Of a stretch of 64,000 nucleotides of DNA, positions 14,395-28,580 are shown one piece after another. The position numbers were made by a program, and so were the translations under genes. This stretch comes from Octopus vulgaris (lineage: Eukaryota). Under the pieces are notes generated by a model that was not told the DNA's origin, made no database searches, and saw nothing but the letters and a program-made list of their open reading frames with translations. Position 1 is the stretch's first letter. Every line of letters begins with the position of its first letter. The stretch spans positions 21,700,001 to 21,764,000 of the forward strand of contig OX597832.1 in assembly GCA_951406725.2 (NCBI GenBank). The letters run 5' to 3'.

Positions 14395-14407
14395 GCGCCC
14401 CCTGGTG
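14395..14407 (-). promoter_or_regulatory. CTCF-core-like motif (CACCAGGGGGCGC)
   Basis: GCGCCCCCTGGTG in otherwise AT-rich unique sequence. Confidence 0.35.
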
Positions 14408-14541
14408 TACAAACATTATCGATATTCTATCAAAGAAAATACTATACGCCAAGATACCTAACAATACACACAGCAACGTGGAACAATGATGGCATTGTTA
14501 CCGTTTCTCAAGCAGTCTGTAAGATTCGCATAATGATTCTT

Positions 14542-14608
<67 letters not shown>

Positions 14609-14670
14609 ATATATACATATATATATATATATTATATATTATATATTATTTATATATACATATATATGTA

Positions 14671-14783
<113 letters not shown>

Positions 14784-14850
14784 GGATGGATGGATGGATG
14801 GATGGATGGATGGATGGATGGATGGATGGATGGATGGATGGAAGGAAGGA

Positions 14851-14950
<100 letters not shown>

Positions 14951-15047
14951 ATCCTTTCTGCAATAGGTGCAAGGCCTAACGTGAGGGGCCAAGATGGTTA
15001 AATTGACCCCAATGCCTGACTGGCACTGAATAATAATAATTATAATA

Positions 15048-15172
<125 letters not shown>

Positions 15173-15604
15173 GATTTTTTTTTAATATGCCACAAGAGCC
15201 CAAGACACGCAGGACAATATCGAAGTACGCTTTACAGCACACAAAAACGAAACAAGACCAAGTGGGGGGTTTAGATCGCCCAAAGGGATTTAGAACCACA
15301 TTAAGGGATCTAACAGAAGATATGACATATAATAGAAATTAGAGAAATAAATAATAGATAAGTAGATTATTAGGATCCCCAGTGATGGGGCAGTCCACTT
15401 AGGGTAATCCAGGGGTAAACCTCACACACGAAAATCCTGGGTTACTCTACCATCCCCAAGGCAAGGGAAAGTACCCTCTTCCAGTTTTTTTCCCTCCTGC
15501 TTAGAAAAGCATACTCAGGGTCGGTCCACTCGGTCTCACTATGACTACCTCTGTCGTTAATGCTACTGATACTACAACTACAAATGCTGCCTCTGATGCT
15601 GCTG

Positions 15605-15635
<31 letters not shown>

Positions 15636-16499
15636 AGTTTTTCTTTCACATAAATTCCTATATGCTTTTTCCATCCATCCTATTTCTTTACTGCCCACAA
15701 TGGGCTAAACACACAGAGGGAACAAACAAGGACAAACAAACGGATTAAGTCCATTACATCGACTCCAGTGCGTAACTGGTACTTATTTAATCGACCCCGA
15801 AAGGGTGAAAGGCAAAGTAGACCTCGGCGGAATTTGAACTCAGAACGTAACGGCAGACGAAATAACTATTTCTTTACTACCCACAAAGGGCTAAACACAG
15901 AGAGAACAAACAAGGACAGACAAACGGATTAAGTCGATTACATCGACCCCAGTGCGTAACTGTTACTTAATTTATTGACCCCGAAAGGACGAAAGGCAAA
16001 GTCGACCTCGGCAGAATTTGAACTCAGAACGTAACGGCAGACGAAATACGGCAACGCATTTCGCCCGGCGCGCTAACGTTTCTGCCAGCTCGCCGCCCTT
16101 CCTCCATCCATCCTTTCTTTCCTTTTCTTCCTTGTTGTTGTCGGTGGTGGCTTTGCCTTACCTAGTTTTCTATTTCTTTCTTTATCATCTATTAATTACC
16201 TCTTTATATGTGTAAGAACTCTTCATACAGGGAGATTCATATGCTCACGTAGTCACGTGATCCCAAAACTTCCATATATATTTGATTCGTTGAGAAGACC
16301 ACCACCAACGAAAAGTTTTATCGAAATAATTACGCAACATACCACGGAGCCGAGTTACGTAATGTATGGCGCATAATTATTAAGTATTTATATTCTTACC
16401 TTTAAAATTTTGAGAATCCCCACCTGCTCCCTCTAGCATCACCACCAACAACAAGAACATCTCCCATCCCGACCCCGATCCAGCAGAGTTTTATTAGCA

Positions 16500-17750
16500 T
16501 CGGTGGGCGTAGTCAGAATCACGCCCCTTCAATAATCAATATTCAAAAGAAATCATCTAGTAATTTTATATTTGACATAAGTCTCGGTGGGAGGTGGCCA
16601 GAACCACGCCCCTTGCCAGTGACACCGCCTATCCATAGAGATCATATATTTAACATATGCTACAGTGTGTTTAACCAGAACCAGGCTCATTTCAAGAAGC
16701 AACGCCTATCCATAGTGATTGTAGATTTAACATAAGTGTACCTGAACTATGCCCCTCCTAGTGGCACCGCCTACCTTATCATTAAATTTCGAGTGATTGT
16801 AAATTTGACATGTCTCAGTGGGCGTGACCAGAACCACATTCTTTCCAGTGACAAAGCCTATTCAACAGTTAATATTCAAATGAAATCTTCTAGTAATTGT
16901 ATATTTGACATGAATCTCAGTAGGAGTGGCCAGAACCACGTCCTCTTTCAGTGACACCGCCTATCCATATTTGACACAAGCCACAGCGGGTTTAGCCAGA
17001 ACCATGCCCTTTCCAAATGGTACCACCTATCCATAGTGATTGTAGATTTGACATAAGCCTCAGTGAATGTATTTTGAATCATGCCCTTCCTAGTGGCACC
17101 ACCTACTTATCAACAAACTTCAGAAGACATTACCTGGGTGTGGCCAAAACCGCATACACATAAACCACTGACACCACCTTATCCAGTAATTTATATTCAA
17201 AAGAAATCATTCACTTAGTTATCTTTGGCATGAATCTCGATGGGGGAGGGGAGCAAACCACGTATGCCCCACCCACTGGAAGAGCCTGCCCATCAATCAA
17301 TATTCAGAAAAAAATCAGTTTGTAGAATTGGCATAAGTCTCAGGTGTGGCCAAAACCACACATGCTCCACCCACTGACACCGCCTACTTATTCTCAATAT
17401 TCAGGAGAAATAATCTATGATGGTAGATTTGGTAAGAAAAAAGTGGGTAGGTGTGCACATAACCACGCCTACTCCACCCACTCACATCGCCTATTTGTTA
17501 ATCGATATTCAGAAATATGCAGAAATATGCAGTCATTACAGATTTGGGATAAACCCCAATAGCTGCAACCAGAACCATACACGCTTATCCTTCATCAATG
17601 TTCAGGAGAAATCATCTATGATTGTAGATTTGGTAAAAAGCATCCGTGGGCGTGGCCAGAATCATTCGCCCGATTCTCACAGAGACAGGCCACCTCTCAA
17701 CCAAAATTCAGGAGTCATAATCAAGTGATTCTAGATTTAGTTTCAGCCTT
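16500..17750. repeat. Degenerate tandem array (about 14 units, 65-105 bp) built on GTGGGCGTGGCCAGAACCACGCCC
   Basis: Recurrent GGGCGTGG-ccagaa-CCACGCCC, CAGTGACACCGCCTATCCA and ATTTGACATAAGTCTCA blocks. Confidence 0.8.
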
Positions 17751-18886
17751 AGTATAAGCAGAAGTCCGCATGTCCTCCCAGTTAGAGCCCCTAAGTTTTT
17801 CTTTTGACACTGCGGATCAGGATCCTTTTAGAGCAGAGCTAAAACAGCCAGCCGTCACGCGCGAGCGAGTACGAGCGCTAACCGCTGTATCACACCCTTT
17901 CGTTAAAACAAAGCTAGAAAAATTTTATTGTGTAAAGCTAACGTATTCATCTGTGCTGTGGCGCATTGCACGTTGATCTCCGACTATCGGCTGCGTGGTT
18001 AAGAAGCTGGCTTGCAACCACTTGATTTCGGGTTTAGTCCCACTGTGCCGCACCTTTGGGCAACTGTATTCTGCCAAAATCCCAGACCGACCATCAGACG
18101 GCGAGCTGGCAGAAACGTTAGAACGCCGGGCGAAATGCTTAGCGGTATTTCGTCTGCCGCTACGTTCTGAGCTCAAATTCCGCCGAGGTCGACTTTGCCT
18201 TTCATCCTTTCGGGGTCGATAAATTAAGTACCAGTTAAGCACTGGGGTCGATGTAATCGACTTAATCCGTTTGTCTGTCCTTGTTTGTCCTCTCTGTGTT
18301 TAGCTCCTTGTGGGTAGTAAAGAAATAGGTATTTCGTCTGCCGTTACGTTCTGAGTTCAAATTCCGCCGAGGTCGACTTTACCTTTCATCCTTTCGGGGT
18401 CGATTAAATAAGTATTCAATCCCTTTGCCTGCCTTTGTTTGTCCCCTCTATGTTGAGCCCCCTGTGGGCAATACATAAATAAATATTATATTTGACCCGA
18501 CACACTACGTATTCTACCATCCGGATCGTTTCTTCAGTCTCAGCAATAGCATACTGTTTCTTTCTTTCCGTCCTTGGGGCTTAATTCCTCACAGTACCGT
18601 AGTGGCGCCGTGAAGTAACACAGTGTGGTGTCTCTTCGAATAATTCAAACTTGGTAGTGCCCATCCTCCTCCTGGTCTACACATAGCAAATTTCTTCCAA
18701 AGAGTTCAAGTGAAAGATGGAAAAGAGATGGAAGAAGAGAACAATCGATTCCAGCACTGGACCGGTACTTTGTTTATCGACCGACCACGAAAGAATAAAA
18801 GTGACAGATTATCTCGTCTGGCTTGAACTCAGATCTTAAAGACCTGGAATAAATACTGGAAAGCGCTCTCCCGATTCTGCCAACTA

Positions 18887-19740
18887 TTAGGTTGTTCTGA
18901 AAACAAAGGCCACTGTAAATATTGTTTTGAAACACAATTTTATCATAGTATTTTAATTATATTTTAGGTGAAATTACTTAATAATTAATGTATACTCTTT
19001 AATAATTTTCTACTTATTTCAGACAGAAAACATTCTTGAAGCCTACTATTTTTTGGGGATGAGTTCAAACTTGGGAACAATGCCTCCCAAACTGCAGCCG
19101 ATATCAACAGAGCATAGGAAGAGGGGTCCACAAGTGATCGCACAGTACGAAGGTGGTTTCAGAAATTTCGTAGTGGTGATGAGAGCCCTGAAGATGAAGA
19201 AGCAGTCTTGACATGCAGTCTTGCAGTCTTGACAATGAACAATTGAAAGCAATTGTTGAAGAAAACCCACGTCAAAGTATCAGAGAAATGTCTCAGACAC
19301 TTGGTGTTGGCACTGCAACGGTCTCACGCAATCTGCAGAAGATTGTTAAGGTGAAAAAGCTCGAGAAATAGGTATCGCATGAGCTCAATGAAGATCAAAA
19401 AGTTCGACGTTCTGAAGTATGCTCGTTGCTCATTTTGCGAAACACCAATGATCCTTTTCTTGACCGAATGGTCACTTGTGACGAAAAGTGGAAGCTTTAT
19501 GATAATCATCAACAATCAGGTCAATGGCTTGATTGTGATGAGTCCCCCAAACTTTTCCCAAAGCCAAAGTTGCATCAGCAAAATATTATGGTGACTGTCT
19601 GGTGGTCTGTAATTGGTGTTGTCCATTACAGCTTTCTGGAAGCCAGGTTTACTGCAATCAACTCGCTGAAATGCATGGTCACTTACAAAAAATGAGACTT
19701 GCATTGGTGAATCGGTGTGGCCCAATTCTGCTCCTTGTGC
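18887..19740 (+). mobile_element. Decayed mariner (Hsmar1/cecropia-like) element
   Basis: TA followed by a TTAGGTTG TIR start. Reads TVRRWFQKFRSGDES, LKAIVEENPRQS, (W>*)VSHEL, FLDRMVTCDEKW and VTVWWS...GVVHYSFL, with stops, frameshifts and 3' truncation. Confidence 0.85.
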
Positions 19741-19751
19741 CCTCTGCATCA

Positions 19752-19825
<74 letters not shown>

Positions 19826-19832
19826 CATCATC

Positions 19833-19885
<53 letters not shown>

Positions 19886-20294
19886 TATCATCATCATTAT
19901 TAGAGAAGGCGGGAAGCTAGGAAGAAACGTTGGTACGTTTAGCGGCACTTGGTCCGTCCTTACTTTCCGGGTTCAAATTCCGTCGAAGTCGACTTTGCCT
20001 TTCATCTTTTCGGGGCCGATAAATTAAGAACCAGTCGAACACTGGGGATGGAGGGGGGGCATGTAATCGACCTATCCCCCACCCACCTCGAATTTGCTGG
20101 CCCTGTGCCAAAATTTGAAGCAATCATCATTAACAGCAACAACAGCATCGTCATCATCACCATCATCAGCGTCGTCATCATCATACTCATCATCATCATC
20201 ATCATTATCATCATCGTAGTCATCATCATCATCATCATCACCATCATCCTCATAGGCATCGTCATCATCATCATTATCATCATGCTCATCATAG

Positions 20295-20399
<105 letters not shown>

Positions 20400-20582
20400 C
20401 CATCATCATCATCCTCATCCTCATCATCATCGTCACCATCACCATCATCATCATTATCATCATTATCATCATCAGCATCATCATCACCACCACCATCATC
20501 ATCGCCATCATCATACGATGTGTGCTAGAAATAACAATATCGACAATTGAAGCGCTTTACCGTTGTTTTTGTTGTTGTTAAG

Positions 20583-20718
20583 CGAGATGTTAGAGTCGGC
20601 GACGACACTTTGGATACCAAACATCAATTGTTGAAACTCAGCGACGGTCGCTACGTCATCTGCTTCGGTGAAAGCAGTCAAACTGGTTGGCCTGCGGATA
20701 AACGTACGCTATATGCAG
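20583..20718 (+). other. Candidate 5' UTR exon of the integrase-derived gene
   Basis: A unique CpG-richer island between microsatellites, bounded by gttgttaag| and CAG|GTAATT, upstream of the acceptor at about 24360. Confidence 0.35.
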
Positions 20719-20885
20719 GTAATTGCAATTAAATTACCTTTGGTATGGTTTGTAAATATTACATTGTAATCTAAGCACAATTCCCTCCTCCAAAAAATAC
20801 ATACATGTATACATATATATATGTTTACATATATACATATATATATATATGTATGTATATATATATATACATACATATATATATG

Positions 20886-20944
<59 letters not shown>

Positions 20945-20999
20945 CAAAATGAGAAAATGGAGAAATATATCTAAATGTATATATATGTATGTATGTATG

Positions 21000-21060
<61 letters not shown>

Positions 21061-21100
21061 ATATATATATATACACATATATATTTATATATATATATAT

Positions 21101-21179
<79 letters not shown>

Positions 21180-21187
21180 TGTATGTA

Positions 21188-21241
<54 letters not shown>

Positions 21242-21559
21242 GTGTATTTTGAGTTAATTAGCTGCGAATCAGCAACATGGACGAAATATTAAATGAAAAC
21301 AGGTCGGAAAATTTGTCAAGGCAACAAACATCAGCCATCATAACTGTCCAGAGCTTTGCTCAATGGTGGTGGTGGTGGTGGTGGTGGTGGTGGTGGTGGT
21401 GGTGGTGGTGGTGATGGTGGTGGTTGAGGTGGAAGGAGGGCAGTATCGTTAATTTTTAAAAAGCATATGTCGTTAACTACACACAGCATATAGCTTTTTT
21501 TTAATCCTTGGTCCCTCGGTTCCTAATGGAATCGTAAGAGTACTGCCATAACAAACGGT

Positions 21560-21927
21560 GGTGCCTTGGACTTCAGTTGTGACAGCCGGTGTGTCTTGAA
21601 CCTCTCTGTGTCACATGCCGGACCTTCAAACAATGTGCCTTGATACAGCGTGCTTTGGGCTTTGCCGTGGAACACGATGATGTGCCTTGGACTTCCTCGG
21701 CAATGAGGATACGGTGAGTGGTCACGGACAAGAGAAAAGCCGGCAGGCGCAGGAGTGGCTGTGTGGTAAGTAGCTTGCTAACCAACCACATGGTTCCGGG
21801 TTCAGTCCCACTGCGTCGCACCTTGGGCAAGTGTCTTCTGCTATAGCCCCGGACCGACCAATGCCTTGTCAGTGGATTTGGTAGACGGAAACTGAAAGAA
21901 GCCCGTCATATGTATATATGTATATAA

Positions 21928-21968
<41 letters not shown>

Positions 21969-23010
21969 TGTGTGTGTGTCTGTGTTTGTCACCCTAGCAT
22001 TGCTTGACAACCGATGCTGGTGTGTTTACGTCCCCGTCACTTAGCGGTTCGGCAAAAGAGACCGATGAATAAGTACTGGGCTTACAAAAAATAAGTCCCG
22101 GGGTCGATTTGGTCGACTAAAGGCAGTGCTCCAGCATGGCTGCAGTCAAATGACTGAAACAAGTAAAAGAGTAAAGAGTAAAGAGAGGTCCAGTGAAACA
22201 GGAGATCGAAGGCCGAGGTCATATTTGCTGGGTAAGGTGGCTTGTTGTCATCCAGTGTCATCAAACCGAACGTTGCATGTCTCTTCGGCGGCTCATTGGA
22301 TACAGGCGTTGAGGTCCGTGAGGTGAGATATGAGGTTGTAGCAAGGGCCACTGCGGAGGGTATACAATAATTTTAACAAGACGAAGCAGTTCCTTAACAG
22401 GAACGGTGTTGGGTGTGCGTCGATTATTTTCTTCAGCCTATCAGCCACTCTTTCAAGCTGAAGAAGCTTAGATGTGAGGGTGGAGAGAATAGCGGGCGGG
22501 ATGAAGGGCGAATCGAGGATAAGGACCTCATTTTTTGGGGTCACCTGTATATGGTGAAGTAGCGAACATACGTCCGAGACGGAGGCCGCAGAGCCCTCTG
22601 CGTCGTAGTTGACGTTCACGACCTCCGACTTGGACGAGTTTATCTTGAGGCCGATCCTTACTAAACCGGGAACCTCTAATCGGAGATCGTGGCAAACACA
22701 CCCTACCGGCCCACCTATTTCTTTACTACCCACAAGGGGCTAAACACAGAGAGGACAAACAAGGATAGACAAACGGACTAAGTCGATTATATCGACCCCA
22801 GTGCGTAACTGGTACTTAATTTATCGACCGCCCCCCCCCCGAAAGGATGAAAGGCAAAGTCGACCTTGGCGGAATTTGAACTCAGAATGTAGCGGCAGAC
22901 GAAATACTGCTGAGCATTTCGCCCGGCATGCTAACGATTCTGCCAGCTCGCCGCCTTACCCTACTGGCCAACCAGCCGTCGCATCGTCCATGTACCAATT
23001 CAGTTTTAGC
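21560..23010 (-). pseudogene. CRE-clade-like non-LTR retrotransposon RT remnant, split by two SINEs
   Basis: The minus strand reads LNWYMDDATAG (YxDD), IGLKINSSKSE, FLLRNCFVLLKLLYTLRSGP, QQATLPSKYDLGLRS and LPAFLLS. Confidence 0.65.
21745..22185 (+). mobile_element. Full-length tRNA-derived CORE-like SINE (representative; other copies at about 2484, 8280, 26623, 39610, 41774/42637, 47485-47865 minus, 51875, 55335)
   Basis: A/B-box-like head GGAGTGGCTGTGTGGTAAG...GGTTCAGTCCC, CORE-like CCTTGGGCAAGTG, internal (TA)/(TG) microsatellite and an AGTAAAAGAG tail. Highly repeated in the window. Confidence 0.85.
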
Positions 23011-23276
23011 ATTTCATTCTCCTCCTTTTCCTTCCTAACTTCTCCTTACAAGCGGCGTTACGCTGTTGTGCTATTATACTATATTAGCGAATAATGTGTC
23101 CGCTTTCGATTTGTGAAGTACGGCTGTGTGGTTAAGAAGCTTGTTTTGTAACCGCGTGGTTACGGGTTCAATCTCACTGTGCGGCACCTTGGGCGAGTGT
23201 CTTTTTCTATATCCCCGCGTCGCTTAATGCCTTGTGAGTGAATTTGATTAGCGGAAACTGTATGGAAGCCCATCTC

Positions 23277-23353
<77 letters not shown>

Positions 23354-23455
23354 GGAGTAAACACATAAATGTGAAACAAGGTGGAAAAAAGAGTACTCAA
23401 ATACCAGTGGTAGAGTAATATGCTTTATTTTAAGCAGCAGAAAATTCAACAAAAT

Positions 23456-23493
23456 CTGTTACTCTGAGTTTCTCGTTGCCGTTCATCAGACAG
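23456..23493 (-). ncRNA. Minimal type-I hammerhead ribozyme-like motif (Penelope pLTR type)
   Basis: ctgt-CTGATGA-acg gcaa cga-GAAA-ctcagag-TA-acag. Stem I is ctgt/acag; there is one mismatch at the base of stem II. Confidence 0.45.
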
Positions 23494-24449
23494 TTTTTGC
23501 TAGAATGGAACTTATATATTAATTCAATCTATACTCTTACAAACGCTACACCTTTAAAAAGAAATGGACTTGTTTGATTGGCCCTTTAGAAAAAACGGTC
23601 AATCTTCGAGCGATAAACAAAAAGGTCTATATATATATAGACAGACAGATAGATAGATGGATTGCAAGGTACTTTGGACAGGTGTCTTCTATAACCAACG
23701 GCCGACCAAAGCGTTGTGAGTGAATTTGGTAGAAGGAAACTGAAAGAATCCCGTCGTATTAGTGTGTGTGTGTGCGTGTGTGTGTGTCCCACCACCGCTT
23801 GATAACCGGTGGTGATGTGCTTACGTCCCCGTAACTTAGTGGTTCGGCAAAAGAACCCAACAGAATAAGTACTATGCTTCAAAAAATAATAAGAGCTACT
23901 CTCAATTTGTTCGACAAACGGTGCCCCAGCATGGCCGCAGTCAAATGAGTGGAACAAGTAAAAGATAAAAGATTTGTTTCTTTACTACCCACAAGGGGCT
24001 AAACCTAGAGGGGACAAACAAGGACAGACAAACGAATTAAGTCGATTATATCGACCTCAGTGCGTAACTGGTACTTATTTAATCGACTCCGAAAGGATAA
24101 AAGGCAAAGCCGACCTCAGATAAAAGATAAAGATATGTGCGTGTGTGCTTGTTCCGACTTAACACATGCCACTTGACAGCCGTTGCTGGTTTGTTTGCAT
24201 CCTCATAACTAAGCTGCTCATAACTAAGGATACCGTTAGAATAAGAACCAGACACAACAACAGTTACGAGTACATGCCAATTCTGAAGTTCCACCGTAAA
24301 AGTAAAAACTTAAAATTATATTTACGGGTGATCATTTTTTTTTTTTTTTTTTTGAAGAACAGAGTAATTAAAGGGACGAAATTCTTGCAAACTAAAGTTT
24401 ATGATAGCCTCCCTTCGATTGCTAAATCTTTAGTGTTTGAAGATTAACA

Positions 24450-24743
24450 ATGGCCGTTATACAAAACATTATGGAGGGAGATCGACCGAAAAGCTTGGCC
24501 GAGTTCAAAGAAATATTCAATAAATGCATTGACCAGTATTTAACAGACACTCCCACTGATTGTGTCATCTCGCAAGAGAAAGCTGGACGAATCTTGAAAG
24601 TCCTTCAGAACGATCCAGACTTCTCTGACTCGGAAATCACGTCTTATGTGAAGCAGGACAAAATCCAACTCCAAGATTTCCCTTTACTTCAATTAAAGAA
24701 TGTCTTGTGTACAGTGAAAAAGGGCCGGAAAACCGCAAATAGG
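24450..24743 (+). CDS. Coding exon 1 of a domesticated Ginger2/KRBA2-like integrase-derived gene (MAVIQNIMEG...KKGRKTANR)
   Basis: ATG at 24450 with an upstream in-frame stop. A poly-T/AG acceptor at about 24335-24362 implies a 5' UTR intron. 98 non-repetitive codons end at AGG|GTTCGT (phase 0). QLQDFPLLQLKNVLCT resembles the N-terminal region of invertebrate KRBA2-like/Ginger2 proteins. Confidence 0.8.
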
Positions 24744-26799
24744 GTTCGTTGAGTTTTAATTTGTTGTTAATGATCGCGTTGGTTTGTGTTTGGACCGTGG
24801 AAATTATGGATTGCCTCGGCGAACAAATAAACACATCTAATGTACAGTTTTAACCTCGGTGTGTGAACGTATGCGTGTGTGTCACTGTATATGTGTGTGT
24901 GACTATATGTGTGTATGTGAATGTATATGTGTGAATGTAACCACTGTGTGTGTGAGTATGCGTGTGAATGTAACCACTGTATGTGAGCGTATGCGTGACT
25001 ATATGTGTATATGTGAATATATATGTGTGACTAACCACTGTGTGTGTGTGTGTGAGTGTGCGTGTGACTGTATATGTGTGTATGTGAATATATATATATG
25101 TGTGAATGTAACCACTGTATGTGAGCGTATGCGTGACTATATGTGTGTATGTGACTGTAACCACTGTGTGTGTGTGATTATGCGTGTGAATATATGTGTT
25201 TATATCAGCTTAGTCTTCTGTTTGTTCACTTTTTAGGGACATTTTGGGGATAATTTTACTTGCATAAAATAATTGCAACGTTGCTCTTAATTTCGTTTGG
25301 TATTAAATCTTTTAGTTATGGCAAAAACTTTTACTCCCCCCCCCCGGGACGTCTCTGTATGTCATTACGGGATTTTAAATTTTGGCCACAAGTCCAGCAA
25401 TTTCGGAGTAGTTGGGGGTAAGTCGGTTGCATCGGGCCCCAGAGTTCGACGGGTACTTACTTATTTTGTCGATCCCCGAGAGGATAAAAGATCAAGTCGT
25501 TCTCGGCTGAATTTGAACTCAGAACTACGCTAAGCATTTTTGCCTGGTGGGTTAACCAGTCTGCCAGCTTGCGGCCCGCTTCCCGTATTAATTGAAATAA
25601 ATATTATAAGACCCGTGTGTGTAATTATGATTGGAGTCAGCTTTTCGTTTAGGCATAATTAGTTATATAAAAAAACTAATAAGGAATTACAAAGTTGTAA
25701 TTATTTGTACAATTATTATAAATATGATGAATGCTAAAACTATTTGAAGAATCTAATGTTGAAATTGATATTTAGAAAGTTTTCAAATGTATTGGGTTTC
25801 TCTCTCTCCAGATATTTTTTCGTCTTTTGCGAAAATGGGTTATATTTTATTTTTTTTCTGTGTGTACGTTTTGTTGTTGTTTTTTTTCTTTTAGGTTAAC
25901 ATGAAAATCGTGTTTTTGTTGTTGTTTGGTTTTGTTTCGTTTTGTAATCGTATATATTGGCGGTTTTTTGGGTTATGATCACAAACTAAAACTGGAAACC
26001 GATATTGATTTTCGGCGGGGAAGAGAAAATCGTATTTTGATTTTGGGAGGAGGGGTCTTTTTCATTTTTATTTCTGTTTTTTCTTTCTTTCTTTTTTTCT
26101 GAGAATTGAAATCTCCGTATTTTTTGAAATAGGAATTTCCAAAAAAAATATTCCAAAAAATTTTTTTTTAAATAACAAATGATGGGTGGAGTAAAAATTT
26201 TAATTATAAAAAATTTAGTTTTCGTTTTCGTTTCTTTTTTTTTTTTTTTTTTTTGACTTTTTTGCACACTTGTAATCTCCACTGTTGTTGGAAATCTAAA
26301 AAAAAACAAAGAAATTTTTGAAGAAGAAACTAAAAATATAAAAGAAACGGTGGTGGGAGGGGGCCCTATTCAACAGCTTTGCCTTTATATTCCCTGTAAT
26401 ATCAGCTTCAAATTTTGGCACAAGGGCAGCGATTTCAGGGCATGGTATTAAGTCAATTACATCGACCCCAGTCAGCACTGAATTAACCATTAAAAGGAAG
26501 GATGGTGGGGGTGGCACCACAGAAATGGTAAATGGTTCACACCACAAAAGAAATCACTTTCAACTTGCTAAAATAACATTTAGGATGCCTTCATCTCTAC
26601 TAAGTATAGAGGCAGATGTGTTGGCGCAGGAGTGGCTGTGTGGTAAGTAGCTTGCTTACCAACCACGTGGTTCTGGGTTCAGTCCCACTGCGTGGCACCT
26701 TGGGCAAGTGTCTTCTACTATAGCCTCGGGTCAGTCAAAGCTTTGTGAGTGGATTTGGTAGACGGAAACTGAAAGAAGCCCGTCGTATATATGTATGAA

Positions 26800-27080
26800 T
26801 AATAACCTGCTCTGGGTGTCAAGAGCAGTACATAGGCCAAACAAAAAATAGTTTGCGTAATAGAATGGCCCTGCACAGATCCCAAATAAAAATTCCCCAA
26901 AGCAGAAAAATAGCTTTCAGCCAACACATAGATACTTGCGCCAACAACAAAACACTAGGCTTCGGGATTTTCCCCCTCTACCAATTTAGGGACGATACAA
27001 CCTCGAGACAACGAATAAGTAAAGAGACTCTCTTTATTACAAAATACAGGCCACTTCTTAAATCTACGACAAACGATTAA
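26800..27080 (+). pseudogene. Penelope-like element GIY-YIG endonuclease C-terminal fragment
   Basis: Reads ITCSGCQEQYIGQTKNSLRNRMALHRSQI...FSQHIDTC...RISKETLFITKYRPLL. Confidence 0.75.
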
Positions 27081-28580
27081 TACACCTCAGCTTTAGAATA
27101 ACAGAAATACACACGCAAATATTACATTCCAAAGAATCCATTACAAATCAGCCCCAATCACAGCTATAATCCATAACGTGCCAACTTCAAGTCATACAAC
27201 ACCTCACTACTTCCACTCATTCATATTCTCCCTTCTCTTTTTTCTTCTTCTTCATCATCATCATTATCATCATCCTCTTCTTCTCCTTCTTCTTCATCAT
27301 CATCATCAACATCGTCATCTTCTTCTTCTTCTTCTGCTCCACCTTCTACCTCTTAACTTTATCACTAATGCTTTTTAGTATAACACCTACGCAAATTCCA
27401 TAAACAAACCTTTCAATAGAAATATTCTCCTGAATTGAACTGCAACTGCTAGCTGTTACTGACCATTCAAAATACGACAATCAAGGCACTCCCAAATTTT
27501 TCCACCCCCTCTCCTCATCAACCTCCTTCTTCTTCTTCTACCCTACCAAGAATTCACAACGACCTGGAACACACAAGTGCAAACAAGGGAGACAGAGAAA
27601 GGTAGAATGCCACTTATATTTGAACACTATACAAATATTCCTTTAAAAAACTTTTCTTTTAATTTTTCTAAATTTAATTATTTAATCGTTACAGTTGAAT
27701 AGGTCTCAAAATGACTGAAACCGGTACTGAAATGTTCTTTATAAAATTATTTTAGCATTTTCTATCTTGACTTTTTTTTCATATATATATATGTATGTTT
27801 GTGTCTGTGTTTGTCCCCCCAACATCGCTTGACAACCAATGGTGGTGTGTTTACGTCCACGTAATTTAGCGGTTCGGCAAAAGAGATCAATAGAATAAGT
27901 ACTAGGCTTACAAAGAATAAGTCCTGAGGTTGATTTGCTCGACTAGAAGAAGGAGCTAAAGTCCAAACCACTAATTAGGGATAAATTCTCGAAGGAAATG
28001 AAAAATAAAAACATTTACCATCTATTTCCTGGACTAATTTTTCTATACGCTAGGCCACTGGTAGTAAACATTTCTAAAATTCTTATTACCCTGATATTAT
28101 TAATTATATATATATATATATATACATACATATATATACACACATATATATATATATACACATGTGTTTTGGTGTACAAAACAAATATATGTATTAGTAT
28201 AACGCTCAGGAATAGATAAAGTCTTTTATGTTTCGAGCCTACGCTCTTCTACAGAAAGGGACACATATATGTATGTATGTATATATACATGTATGTATGT
28301 GTGTGTTTGGGTATATGCTAGTCTTGACATTATGTTATGGTTATGAGTGAGTACCACTGTCGTACAAGCAGTGCCATTCATTTCCAGTCTTCCTTGAAAG
28401 ACGTTCAGTCATGTGGAAACATTGCCTTACTTGGAAACAAGAAGAGAGTTAGGTGGCAGGAATGGCCAAAGATTAATCTGTCTCAACGAATTTCATTTGA
28501 CCCATGCAAGCATGAGTTTCACCGTTAAAACAAAATATTTCAAGCCTCTTGATGTTTCTGTATAATTTCCTTTTTTGCAG

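Noticed and set aside
18520-18700. Unique-looking segment as a possible exon
   Set aside because: It has stops in the frames examined and only a faint resemblance to a decayed RTE 3' region, too weak to call.
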